From: Nitrosopumilus maritimus SCM1
GTDB taxonomy: Archaea > Thermoproteota > Nitrososphaeria > Nitrososphaerales > Nitrosopumilaceae
Reading direction: 5' to 3'
NCBI RefSeq assembly: GCF_000018465.1
Contig: NC_010085.1
Span: forward strand, 1,560,001 to 1,592,000
Length of the DNA stretch: 32,000 nt
The first letter of the stretch is position 1. Every line of letters starts with the position of its first letter. Positions 17,941 to 26,902 of the stretch are shown here, piece after piece. The notes beneath the pieces are model-generated. The model searched no databases. It had not been told where the DNA came from and worked only from the letters and a program-made list of their open reading frames with translations. Both the position numbers and the translations under genes were made by a program.

Positions 17941-19174
17941 AAAGAAAGTAAATGATCATCCATCATTGGATATTGTTTCATCACATGGTGTGGAACTAAC
18001 AGGCAAAAAAATTGTGTTATGTGTGGCTGGAAGTGTTGCAGCATACAAAGCAATAGAGCTTGCAAGACTGCTTATGAGACATGGAGCAGATGTGACATGT
18101 GTAGCAAGTGGGGCAGTAACAAAATTGATTCAGCCTGATTATTTCAAATGGGCTACAGGAAACGATGTAATTACAAAACTTACAGGCAAATTAGAGCACA
18201 TAAAATTGGCTGATTACAATCAATCAGACCTAGTAATTGTATATCCAGCTACTGCAAATACATTAGGAAAACTTGCAAATGGTATTGATGATACTCCAAT
18301 TTCAACAGTTCTAACTGTAGGATTTGGCTCTAAAATCCCAATTTTGATGTGCTTGGCAATGCACGAGTCAATGTATGACAATTCAGCTGTAAAAAAGAAC
18401 ATAGAGTTTCTAAAAAACAAAATTCAGTTCCTTTCTCCACAAATGATTGAAGGAAAAGCTAAAGCGCCAGAACCTGAAGATGTTTTAGACTTTGTTCTAA
18501 AGAAATTTGGTTTCTCATCTACATTACAAAATAAAAAAGTGCTAATGACTGCAGGGCCTACAATAGAATACATTGATCCAGTTAGAGTAATAACAAATCT
18601 TAGTTCAGGAAAAACAGGTGTGTTGTTAGCTTCAGAATTAATTTCAGCTGGAGCTAAAGTCACTTTAATTTATGGACCAGGAAATGAAGAACCACCAAAA
18701 GGTGCCAAGATAATCAACGTTACAACAAACAAAGAGATGTTAGATGCAACAAAAAAAGAACTAAAGAAAAAATATGACATTGTGATTATGGCAGCAGCTG
18801 CATCAGACTATACTCCTGAAAAACCAACAAAATCCAAAATAAAGAGTAACAAAAAAGCACTCACAATTAGGCTCAAAAAAGCACCAAAAATCATAGATCA
18901 GGTAAAAAAATCTCAAAAAAATACTATACTAGTAGGATTCAAGGCAGAAACCAATCTATCAAAATCTGCCCTTATCAAATCAGCTAAAACAAAACTAAAA
19001 GAATCTAATGCAGATATAATCATTGCAAATGATATTGGTACAAAATACCAAAAGAATCCAAACAACAATCAAATCATAATTGTTGATGAGAAAAACACTA
19101 TAACATCAGGATGGAAGAAAAAAGAGAAGATTGTAAAAATAATTAGAAAAGAGATTGAAAAGAAAATAAGATGA
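17921..19174 (+). CDS. coaBC: Bifunctional phosphopantothenoylcysteine decarboxylase/phosphopantothenate-cysteine ligase
   Basis: LTGKKIVLCVAGSVAAYKAIELARLLMRHGADV, LMCLAMHESM, VLMTAGPTIEYIDPVRVITNLSSGKTGVLLA. Exact start uncertain (GTG 17921 or a downstream TTG). Confidence 0.92.
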   Translation: MSRLAAKKKVNDHPSLDIVSSHGVELTGKKIVLCVAGSVAAYKAIELARLLMRHGADVTCVASGAVTKLIQPDYFKWATGNDVITKLTGKLEHIKLADYNQSDLVIVYPATANTLGKLANGIDDTPISTVLTVGFGSKIPILMCLAMHESMYDNSAVKKNIEFLKNKIQFLSPQMIEGKAKAPEPEDVLDFVLKKFGFSSTLQNKKVLMTAGPTIEYIDPVRVITNLSSGKTGVLLASELISAGAKVTLIYGPGNEEPPKGAKIINVTTNKEMLDATKKELKKKYDIVIMAAAASDYTPEKPTKSKIKSNKKALTIRLKKAPKIIDQVKKSQKNTILVGFKAETNLSKSALIKSAKTKLKESNADIIIANDIGTKYQKNPNNNQIIIVDEKNTITSGWKKKEKIVKIIRKEIEKKIR

Positions 19175-19346
19175 AAAATTCAGAGTTACGAAAACTGATA
19201 TCACAGTACAAAGAAATTAAAAACAAACAAACAAACATACAGATAGTTTCAAGTTGGCAGAAAAATTAAAAGAAATAGAACATAGATATTTTCATGAGAC
19301 GGGAAGAACATTAAAATCAGATCTAAAAGAGTTTAAAGAAAATTGA
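19171..19346 (+). pseudogene. Possible frameshifted small gene, interrupted at an (AAAC)4 tract
   Basis: ATG overlaps the coaBC TGA (ATGA) and encodes MKNSELRKLISQYKEIKNKQTNIQIVSSWQKN*. Another frame continues as ...KHTDSFKLAEKLKEIEHRYFHETGRTLKSDLKEFKEN* to a TGA at 19344-19346. Confidence 0.45.
19221..19236. repeat. Tetranucleotide microsatellite (AAAC)4
   Basis: Read directly as aaac aaac aaac aaac. Confidence 0.9.
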
Positions 19347-20185
19347 AAGTCAAACCATTTGATTATAAAAAACGAAACATGGCAGTTTGGAATGAAGTTG
19401 CACCAAGATATCATAAAAGATGGGCAACAGCAAAAAGAGGACCATTTCAGAGTACAAAAAAACTAGTAGAGTTAATTGATGTCAAAAAAGGAGATCATAT
19501 TCTTGATGTTGCAAGTGGAACAGGTGTTGTTACAAAATTATTAAATCAAAAAGTAGGAAAATCAGGATTTGTAGTAGGTGCAGACACTGCAACTACTGCA
19601 ATCAAAGTTGCAAAAAAATGGAATAAAAAATCTCCTAATCTATTATTTGTAAATGCAGATGCTGAAAATTTCTCATTCAAAGAAAAATTTGACATTATTA
19701 CATGTCAGTATGCATTGTTTTTTTTCCCAAATGCCCAAAAGGCTCTAAAAAACATGAAAAATAGCCTCAAAGAATCAGGTAAGTTAGGATTATCCGTGCA
19801 TGGACATCCAGACAGAGTCCCATATTTTGATAGTATTTTTGAGGCAGTTACTCAGTTTATTCCAAATTACGTTCCACCTGGAACTCCTGATTTTGATAGA
19901 TTTGGAACCAAAAAAGCACTTAGAGATGAGATAAAAAAAGCAGGTTTTAGAAAAATCACAGTAAAGGATTACAACTTCCCATACAGTCCAGGTACTTTTG
20001 ATCAATACTGGAGTAATTATCTTAGATATGTAGCAAAGCCAATTAAAGAAAAACTAGATTTACTTGAAAGATCTCAACGAAAAGAACTCAAAGAGAGGGT
20101 AAAAGAAAACACAAAACCTTACACAAAAAAGAATGGAATAATTCAATTTCCTTGGGAAGTTTTAATTTTAACAGCAAAACACTAG
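19343..20185 (+). CDS. SAM-dependent methyltransferase, class I, UbiE-like
   Basis: DHILDVASGTGVVTKLL (motif I) and FDIITCQYALFFFPNAQKAL; TTG start overlapping the preceding TGA. Confidence 0.82.
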   Translation: MKVKPFDYKKRNMAVWNEVAPRYHKRWATAKRGPFQSTKKLVELIDVKKGDHILDVASGTGVVTKLLNQKVGKSGFVVGADTATTAIKVAKKWNKKSPNLLFVNADAENFSFKEKFDIITCQYALFFFPNAQKALKNMKNSLKESGKLGLSVHGHPDRVPYFDSIFEAVTQFIPNYVPPGTPDFDRFGTKKALRDEIKKAGFRKITVKDYNFPYSPGTFDQYWSNYLRYVAKPIKEKLDLLERSQRKELKERVKENTKPYTKKNGIIQFPWEVLILTAKH

Positions 20186-20199
20186 AAAAAGGAGAAAAA

Positions 20200-20682
20200 A
20201 TGGCCAAAGATAAGAAAAAAGATGAAGTAGAGAAACCAAAAAAATCAGGTTTACAGGCATTTCTTAAAAAAAGAGCACCGTTCTATCTTGCTGCCGTTGC
20301 ATTAATTGTAATTTCAGCTCAAAGTGTATTATCAGAGAAAAATTTTGAGAACAGTCTACCAGAATTTTCAGGAGAAGAACAAATAGCTGTAGACACTTTA
20401 TTGAACTATAATGCAGGAGTAGAATCCAAATTAACTGTAAAAGAAGTGATCAAAAATCAAATAGATGAAGAATATCCAGATGAAAAAATCTATGGACACA
20501 AGAAAACTGTTCTAGACTTGTCAGTTACAAATGTAAATTCAGATGAGTATAATGTTATTTTGAATTTCAAATCATACAAGGGAGATATGAATTTTGATTG
20601 GAATGTTAACGTAAATTCTCAAGAGATTACATCAAACAATCCAGATTCAAAGCATGTAATTGATGTAGTTACATTTTCCTAG
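20200..20682 (+). CDS. Single-TM hypothetical protein
   Basis: The track ORF starts at 20152, but an ATG at 20200 preceded by aaaaaggag gives MAKDKKKDEVEKPKKSG..., a better start. One TM: APFYLAAVALIVISAQSVL. Confidence 0.65.
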   Translation: MAKDKKKDEVEKPKKSGLQAFLKKRAPFYLAAVALIVISAQSVLSEKNFENSLPEFSGEEQIAVDTLLNYNAGVESKLTVKEVIKNQIDEEYPDEKIYGHKKTVLDLSVTNVNSDEYNVILNFKSYKGDMNFDWNVNVNSQEITSNNPDSKHVIDVVTFS

Positions 20683-20684
20683 GC

Positions 20685-21773
20685 TCAAATTGTGATTAAA
20701 TCTTTAGTGAATTTGTGCATAACAATAGGTCTTTCCTTTACAATCAAAGAATCTTCTATTCGTATTCCAAATTTATTTTCGATATAGATTCCAGGTTCTA
20801 CAGTAATTGCCATATTTTCTTTAAGTTTTGTGTCACTCCTGTATGAAACAGTAGGAAGTTCGTGAACTTCCAATCCAATTCCATGACCAGTTGAATGAAT
20901 AAAGTATTGTCCATAATTTTTATCATCAATGTATTTTCTGCATGCAAAATCAACATCCTTACAATTTGCATTTGGTTTTACAGCTTTTAATCCAAGTTTT
21001 TGAGATTCTTTAACAATTTCATATGCTTCTTTAGTTTGCGATGAAACATTTCCTATTGCAAATGTTCTTGTTGCATCAGAAACATATCCTTTGTATCTTA
21101 GTGTAAGATCAGTTACAACAAGATCACCTTTTTTGAACTTCCTTTGTGTTACTTGAGCATGAGGCAATGCACCATTGGGGCCTCCAGCGATAATTAGAGG
21201 ATTCAGAGTAGATTTGTATCCAGTATCAAACATTTGTTGCTCCATTGCATAAGTCATCAAAATTGTTTGTAATTCTGACTCTTTTTGGCCCACTTTGATC
21301 TTTTTTGAACAGGTTTCAAACATTTCATCAATGATTTTGGATGCTTTTTTGAGGATTTTGATCTCATTTTCGTCTTTGATTATACGAGCGTTGTAAAATG
21401 GTTCTGTAGAGGATTTTATTTTTGGAATAGATTTTTTCAAAGATGTCATTATAGAGTAATTTTGGCAATCAGTACAAACGCGATTTTTCTTTATTTTCTT
21501 TACAAGCGAAGTTACAAGACCAGTTCCACGTTCTGCTGTAATTACATCACAGTCTTCAGATTCATCTTTTGCTCTTCCAACCTCAAGTTCAGGTGCAATA
21601 ATGGTGGTTTTGCCATTTTTTTCTAACAGGCCTATTGCTTCGCCCCAAAACCCAGTCATGTAAAAGAGGTTTTCAGGCTCAAAAGTAACTAATGTATCAC
21701 AACCGATCTTTTGGGCGTGTTTTAGTAGATTTTTTCTACGTTGTTTCACACACAAAAAACACTTGTTTCTCAA
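20685..21773 (-). CDS. M24 family metallopeptidase, Xaa-Pro dipeptidase/aminopeptidase-like
   Basis: VTDLTLRYKGYVSDATRTFAIG, HSTGHGIGLEVHE, MAITVEPGIYIE, GIRIEDSLIV metal-binding motifs. Exact start uncertain. Confidence 0.88.
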   Translation of the reverse strand: MRNKCFLCVKQRRKNLLKHAQKIGCDTLVTFEPENLFYMTGFWGEAIGLLEKNGKTTIIAPELEVGRAKDESEDCDVITAERGTGLVTSLVKKIKKNRVCTDCQNYSIMTSLKKSIPKIKSSTEPFYNARIIKDENEIKILKKASKIIDEMFETCSKKIKVGQKESELQTILMTYAMEQQMFDTGYKSTLNPLIIAGGPNGALPHAQVTQRKFKKGDLVVTDLTLRYKGYVSDATRTFAIGNVSSQTKEAYEIVKESQKLGLKAVKPNANCKDVDFACRKYIDDKNYGQYFIHSTGHGIGLEVHELPTVSYRSDTKLKENMAITVEPGIYIENKFGIRIEDSLIVKERPIVMHKFTKDLITI

Positions 21774-21821
21774 TTTATGTATGATGCAAAGTTTGTATAT
21801 GGAAATTCAGCCTAGATCGCT

Positions 21822-22835
21822 GTGACTGAAGAAAAAGAGAAGAAAAAAGTTGTTGCATTATTGTCTGGAGGTCTAGACAGTCAGCTTGCTGTTAGAATGA
21901 TGCAAGAGCAAGGATTTGATGTCTCTGCAGTTGCAATAAAGACTCCATTTTGTGATTTTGATTGTGGAAGAGGTTGTGGATTTGAAATTAGAGAGAGAGC
22001 AGATGATCTTAATGTAAATTTGAAGACAGTATATCTTGGTGATGAATATATCGAGATGCTAAAAAATCCAAAACACGGAATCGGTGCTGGATTTAATCCA
22101 TGTATTGATTGCAGAGCTATGATGTTTGATGCTGCAAAAAAACACATGGAAGAGATCGGAGCAGAATTTATTGTATCAGGAGAAGTGTTAGGGCAACGCC
22201 CAATGAGTCAACATAGACCTGCATTAAGAACTATTGAAAAAGAATCAGATCTTGTAGGAAAAATTGTTAGACCATTATCTGCTGCATTGTTACCAGAAAC
22301 AATTCCTGAAAAAGAAGGATTGATCAAAAGAGAAAATCTTGGAATGATAAGAGGTAGAACAAGAAGGAACCAATTAGACATGGCAAAACAATATGGAATT
22401 GAAAACCCTCCCAATGCAGGAGGAGGTTGTTTGTTAACAGAACCACAATTTGGAATTAAAGCTAAAGATCTTTTTAATCATGTTGAAAATCCAACAATCA
22501 ACGATATTGATTTGTTAAAAATTGGAAGGCATTTCAGATTAGACGAAGAAACAAAATTTGTTGTTGGTAGAAACAAAGATGAAAATGAAATGATCAAAGC
22601 AATAGCATTACCAAATGATATTTTACTTGAAGCAAAAGATCATGTTGGACCAACATCAATTCTAAGAGGTAAAAATGCAAAAGATCATACAAAATTTGCA
22701 GCAGCTGTAACTCTAAGATATTCAGATGCTCCAAAAAACCAATCAGAAATTGTTTTGGTAAAAAATGGAGACGATAGTGAAGAAATTAGTGCTAAAAGCA
22801 TAGAAGAAGAAGATTACATAAAATTTAGAATTTAG
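21822..22835 (+). CDS. PP-loop ATPase, tRNA thiouridylase (MnmA/ThiI)-like
   Basis: VVALLSGGLDSQLAVRMM PP-loop; Cys-rich FCDFDCGRGCGF and NPCIDCRAMMFDAA; GTG start. Confidence 0.75.
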   Translation: MTEEKEKKKVVALLSGGLDSQLAVRMMQEQGFDVSAVAIKTPFCDFDCGRGCGFEIRERADDLNVNLKTVYLGDEYIEMLKNPKHGIGAGFNPCIDCRAMMFDAAKKHMEEIGAEFIVSGEVLGQRPMSQHRPALRTIEKESDLVGKIVRPLSAALLPETIPEKEGLIKRENLGMIRGRTRRNQLDMAKQYGIENPPNAGGGCLLTEPQFGIKAKDLFNHVENPTINDIDLLKIGRHFRLDEETKFVVGRNKDENEMIKAIALPNDILLEAKDHVGPTSILRGKNAKDHTKFAAAVTLRYSDAPKNQSEIVLVKNGDDSEEISAKSIEEEDYIKFRI

Positions 22836-22908
22836 GCGTAAATTTTTTAAAAAATTAGTTAAAACTAAGGAAGAGTTTTTGAGGGAGTAGATCGCATTTT
22901 CAGTTAGA

Positions 22909-23187
22909 ATGCAAAAACAAGAAAATACGACATTTCTAAAGGCTATCACCATTAGAGATATCAGTGATGTACATTCGATTAAAGAAGATATCAAAAAAGA
23001 TATGATTTTGATTCTTAGAGTTACACCATTAGCACAAAAAGATGTAGATCAGCTTCGTAAAGTTGTTGAAGAATTGTATTCTATTGCAAAAACTGCTGGT
23101 GCAGATATTGCAAGATTGGGTGAAGAAAGAATTATTGTTGCACCAGCTAACATAAAGATCTGGAAACCAGAGTACGATCTAAAATAA
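22909..23187 (+). CDS. SepF-like cell-division protein
   Basis: 92 aa with ITIRDISDVHSIKEDIKKDMILILRVTPLAQKDVDQLRKVVEELYSIAKTAGADIARLGEERIIVAPANIKIW, matching the SepF/DUF552 core. Confidence 0.7.
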   Translation: MQKQENTTFLKAITIRDISDVHSIKEDIKKDMILILRVTPLAQKDVDQLRKVVEELYSIAKTAGADIARLGEERIIVAPANIKIWKPEYDLK

Positions 23188-25119
23188 TTTTATTGCTTCT
23201 TGAATTTGAGGATAATGAGCAGGAACTCTATGCATTCTTCTAATATTCATAGCAAGATTTTCTGATTTCTTTCGTTCACCATGGTTAACTAGGACTCTTC
23301 GTAATTTTGGTCTTAGTCTTTGTACAAAGGACATTAGTTGGTTGTAATCACTATGTCCACTAAATCCATCTAGCTTCTCTACTCCACAGTTGATCGTTAC
23401 AACTTCAACCTTACCATCTTTTCCTAACATTGTTGCTTGTTTAGAACCATCAAGTACTCTTCTTCCCAAAGTTCCGTTTACTTGATAAGACACAAAGAGA
23501 ACTTTGCTCTTTTTATCAGGTGCAATATTTTTGAAATATTCTAAAACAGGTCCACCTTCTAGCATTCCAGATGTTGCCAAGATTATACAAGGGGAGTCTT
23601 CTCTCATTGGTTCTTCTCTAGCATCTGCGTGCTCAATATTTGTGAAATATTCAGAATCAAATGGATTATCATCAGTTTCAAGAATTTTTTGTTTTAGTTC
23701 ACGTGCAAGATATTCAGGATATGATTCATGGATTGCAGAAGCTTCAGAAATCATTCCTTCAGTAAATACTGGAGCCTCAATCATCTCACCAGACTTCATA
23801 TAATGATCAATTACCATCATGATTTCTTGTGCACGACCAACTGCTGGAATAGGGATTAAAACTTTGCCGCCATCTGCAAGAGTGTTATTTACAGCATTAA
23901 TGAAAGCAGACTCAACTTCCTGTCTACTAGGTTGAATGTCTTCTTTAAGACCATACGTACTTTCTATGAGTAATGTCTCTACTCTAGGGAAATTCCAACT
24001 AGCAGCTTCAAACAAAATGCTTTTTCCAAATTTGATATCACCAGAATAAACAAAGTTGTGATCACCATTTCCAATATGAAAGTGACATAATGCAGAACCA
24101 AGAATGTGACCTGCATTTGCAAGAACTAATTTAATGTCAGGAGAAATATCAGTTACAGTTCCATATGGCAAAGTAATTGTTTGTCTCATAATTTGTTTGA
24201 CATCACGTTCAGAATAGATTGGAGTTCTTCCTTGAGCTGCTGCAACTTTGATTGCATCTAACTGAATAAGATTCATCATAGGTAGTGTTGGTTCGGTACA
24301 ATAGATTGGTCCTTTGTATCCATATTTACACAATGTAGGCAAAAATCCAGTATGATCCAAGTGTGCATGACCAATAACTACAGCATCAAGATCATCTAGT
24401 GTGAGATTCAAAGAGTCCAATCTAGGAAATGCATCCATTGGAGAACGTGCTCCAGGATTTATTCCACAATCAATGAGTATCTTACTTTCAGGAGTAGACA
24501 GCAATAATGAAGATCGTCCAACTTGACCAAATCCACCAAGTGTATAAAGTGAAACTTCTGTTCTTTGGGTTAATCTAGGTCTGAAAATTTCATCTCCAAC
24601 TTGTTTTAGTTGTTTACTTCTTTCAGTAGAGGCTTGTTTGAGAGTTGCATTGATTGTTTGAATAGTACGGGAAGGGACAGTTGTAGCCTTTCTTACACGT
24701 ATTTTCCAGCCTGTTTTTTCAGTTACTTCAGCATGATTGAATTCTTTTGCATTTCTTTGTAATAACCAAGGTCGTTTTGCTTCAATTGAAACTTCACCTG
24801 TTGCAGTATCAAATAGAGTATTCTGTAATTTTGCATCTTCTGGAACCAAACTTGCAATAATTTTTCGGGCATCATCTTCAGGTTTTCTAATTGATTCATC
24901 AGTTCTAACAACGATTCGTTTTTTGATTACACTTACAAGATTTGAAATCGTTTCATTATTTTCCATTAGATAACGAGGAGCGTTTGTGTAAAGTGCAATT
25001 CGTGGTCCTTCGTACTCAATTTTTGTAACATTAGCTTCTTTAGGTATACTTTGCAGTATGGTGGCCATTATATTCTGGCTGCTAGGAGGTAATTCTTTTT
25101 GTTGTTGTTTTCTTTGCAT
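23179..25119 (-). CDS. Beta-CASP metallo-beta-lactamase ribonuclease aCPSF1 (FttA), KH domains plus MBL/beta-CASP
   Basis: GHAHLDHTGFLPTL, GHILGSALCHF, SGDIKFGKS, ATSGMLEGGP, SGHSDYNQL. The track uses TTG 25137; ATG 25119 (MQRKQQQKELPP...) is the likelier start. Confidence 0.92.
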   Translation of the reverse strand: MQRKQQQKELPPSSQNIMATILQSIPKEANVTKIEYEGPRIALYTNAPRYLMENNETISNLVSVIKKRIVVRTDESIRKPEDDARKIIASLVPEDAKLQNTLFDTATGEVSIEAKRPWLLQRNAKEFNHAEVTEKTGWKIRVRKATTVPSRTIQTINATLKQASTERSKQLKQVGDEIFRPRLTQRTEVSLYTLGGFGQVGRSSLLLSTPESKILIDCGINPGARSPMDAFPRLDSLNLTLDDLDAVVIGHAHLDHTGFLPTLCKYGYKGPIYCTEPTLPMMNLIQLDAIKVAAAQGRTPIYSERDVKQIMRQTITLPYGTVTDISPDIKLVLANAGHILGSALCHFHIGNGDHNFVYSGDIKFGKSILFEAASWNFPRVETLLIESTYGLKEDIQPSRQEVESAFINAVNNTLADGGKVLIPIPAVGRAQEIMMVIDHYMKSGEMIEAPVFTEGMISEASAIHESYPEYLARELKQKILETDDNPFDSEYFTNIEHADAREEPMREDSPCIILATSGMLEGGPVLEYFKNIAPDKKSKVLFVSYQVNGTLGRRVLDGSKQATMLGKDGKVEVVTINCGVEKLDGFSGHSDYNQLMSFVQRLRPKLRRVLVNHGERKKSENLAMNIRRMHRVPAHYPQIQEAIKLF

Positions 25120-25126
25120 TAAATCA

Positions 25127-25768
25127 CTAAAGTTCAATGACTGCTTTCTTTTGTTCTTCAGTCAAAAGACGGAATCCGTCTTTATCCATAATTGCGATGT
25201 TAATTCCATCGCCGGTACCAATGTTTCTAACTATTGCTGCTTTTACAGCTCGTAAAGCAATTTTTTTTGCTTCTTCAACTGTAAGATCTTCTCTGTATTC
25301 TTCTTCAAGTAGACCATAGGCCACTGGTGAACCGCTACCAGTTGTAACATATGCTTTCTTTTCAACAGAGCCAAACATGTCAATGTTAAACAATGCAGGG
25401 CCTTCTGCATCATAACCGCCAACTAAGATATCAGCCATAAATGGATAGCCTCTATTTTGATGGAAGATTAATGAACAAAGTCTTGCAAGTGAATGGATTG
25501 AGATTGGTCCATGTTTTTCAACTCTATGAAGATTAGAATGATAACGTAAAATATCAACAATGTTTTGGGCGTCTGCAACACCACCAGCAAGAGTTAACCC
25601 TGCATGGTCATCAATTTTTTGAATTTTCATGGTGTTATTGTTTGCAATAAAGTATCCAGCACTTGCTCTCATATCTGCACATAAAACGACACCGTCTTTT
25701 GCCTTGATACCTACAGTGGTTGTCCCGTGCAGAATTTTTTCTTCGACATTATTTGACAAAAAATACAC
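25127..25768 (-). CDS. psmB: Proteasome beta subunit
   Basis: Short propeptide then TTTVGIKAKDGVVLCADMRASAG, GSGSPVAYGLLEEEY, GTGDGINIAIMDKDG. Confidence 0.93.
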   Translation of the reverse strand: MYFLSNNVEEKILHGTTTVGIKAKDGVVLCADMRASAGYFIANNNTMKIQKIDDHAGLTLAGGVADAQNIVDILRYHSNLHRVEKHGPISIHSLARLCSLIFHQNRGYPFMADILVGGYDAEGPALFNIDMFGSVEKKAYVTTGSGSPVAYGLLEEEYREDLTVEEAKKIALRAVKAAIVRNIGTGDGINIAIMDKDGFRLLTEEQKKAVIEL

Positions 25769-25836
25769 CTATTAAGATAAAGTAAATGGCATTTCACCCT
25801 TTTAAATAACTTTTTGATCTCTGGAAATCATAAATA

Positions 25837-26901
25837 ATGACAAAAAATCAAGATCGCATGAAATCACATACAATGGAATTGCCTAGGCAGATTGTTGTGG
25901 GAGAGAAGAACATAAATGAATTTGGAGAGTTTTTGCATAATTTAACTAAACCAAAAAAAGTTTCTCTTATTTCAGGAATACATGTAAAAAAAGTTCTTAG
26001 ACAAAGAATTGAAAAATCATTGAAAACAAAAAGAATCAAGTTTGTGTGGCATACATCAAAAGATAATCAAATTAGTACTCTAAACAGAATTGAAAAAGAA
26101 GTAAAAAAAGATCGTAGTGATATGATTGCAGGGATTGGTGGTGGAAGATCTGTTGATACTGCAAAATTAATTTCTTTTAATTTAGATATTCCATTTGTTA
26201 GTGTACCAACTGCTGCATCACATGATGGAGTTTCAAGTCCATTTGTTTCAGTTAAAAGTGATAAACCACATTCAATTGTTGCAACGGCTCCACTAGGGGT
26301 TTTTGTAGACATAGATATTATCAAAAAAGCACCATCAAGATTACTTGCTAGTGGTTGTGGAGATTTGGTGGCAAATATCATTGCTGTAAAGGATTGGCAA
26401 CTAGGTCATCAAAAGACTGGAGAATATTATGGAACTTATTCAGCAGAATTGGCTATGATGAGTGCTATGATGGTACTAGATAATTCAAGTAAATACGCAA
26501 AAAATGGATTAGATGCAAGAGTGATTGTTGAAGCTCTAATTAGTGCAGGAGTTGCATCATGTATTGCAGGAAGTAGCAGACCATGTTCTGGTGCTGAGCA
26601 TCTATTTTCACATGCATTAGATAAAATTGCACCAGGAAAGGGATTACATGGAGAAAAATGCGGAATAGGTTCCATTATGATTGCAAAACTACAAGGACAA
26701 GATTGGAAAAAAATTGTTAAGACGTTAAAAGATGTGGGAGCGCCAACTACTGCAAAACAAATTGGTTTAACTGAAGATCAAATTATCGATGCTTTAATTA
26801 TTGCACAAGACTTGAGGCCTGAAAGATATACAATTCTAAAAGAAGTAGAGATGACAGACAGAAAGGCAAAAAGTCTTGCAAAGAGTACTAAAGTGATTTA
26901 G
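25837..26901 (+). CDS. egsA: sn-glycerol-1-phosphate dehydrogenase
   Basis: GIGGGRSVDTAKL, SVPTAASHDGVSSPF, GSSRPCSGAEHLFSHALDK, LHGEKCGIG. Confidence 0.92.
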   Translation: MTKNQDRMKSHTMELPRQIVVGEKNINEFGEFLHNLTKPKKVSLISGIHVKKVLRQRIEKSLKTKRIKFVWHTSKDNQISTLNRIEKEVKKDRSDMIAGIGGGRSVDTAKLISFNLDIPFVSVPTAASHDGVSSPFVSVKSDKPHSIVATAPLGVFVDIDIIKKAPSRLLASGCGDLVANIIAVKDWQLGHQKTGEYYGTYSAELAMMSAMMVLDNSSKYAKNGLDARVIVEALISAGVASCIAGSSRPCSGAEHLFSHALDKIAPGKGLHGEKCGIGSIMIAKLQGQDWKKIVKTLKDVGAPTTAKQIGLTEDQIIDALIIAQDLRPERYTILKEVEMTDRKAKSLAKSTKVI

Positions 26902-26902
26902 T

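Noticed and set aside
17693-17959. Minus-strand 88-aa ORF over the 3' end of panB
   Set aside because: Antisense shadow over conserved PanB sequence.
19343-20185. Assigning the methyltransferase specifically to quinone biosynthesis (UbiE)
   Set aside because: Only general class-I SAM motifs are seen; substrate cannot be inferred from the sequence alone.
25058-25319. Plus-strand ORFs near the fttA/psmB junction
   Set aside because: Antisense to the start of fttA and the end of psmB; no independent evidence.
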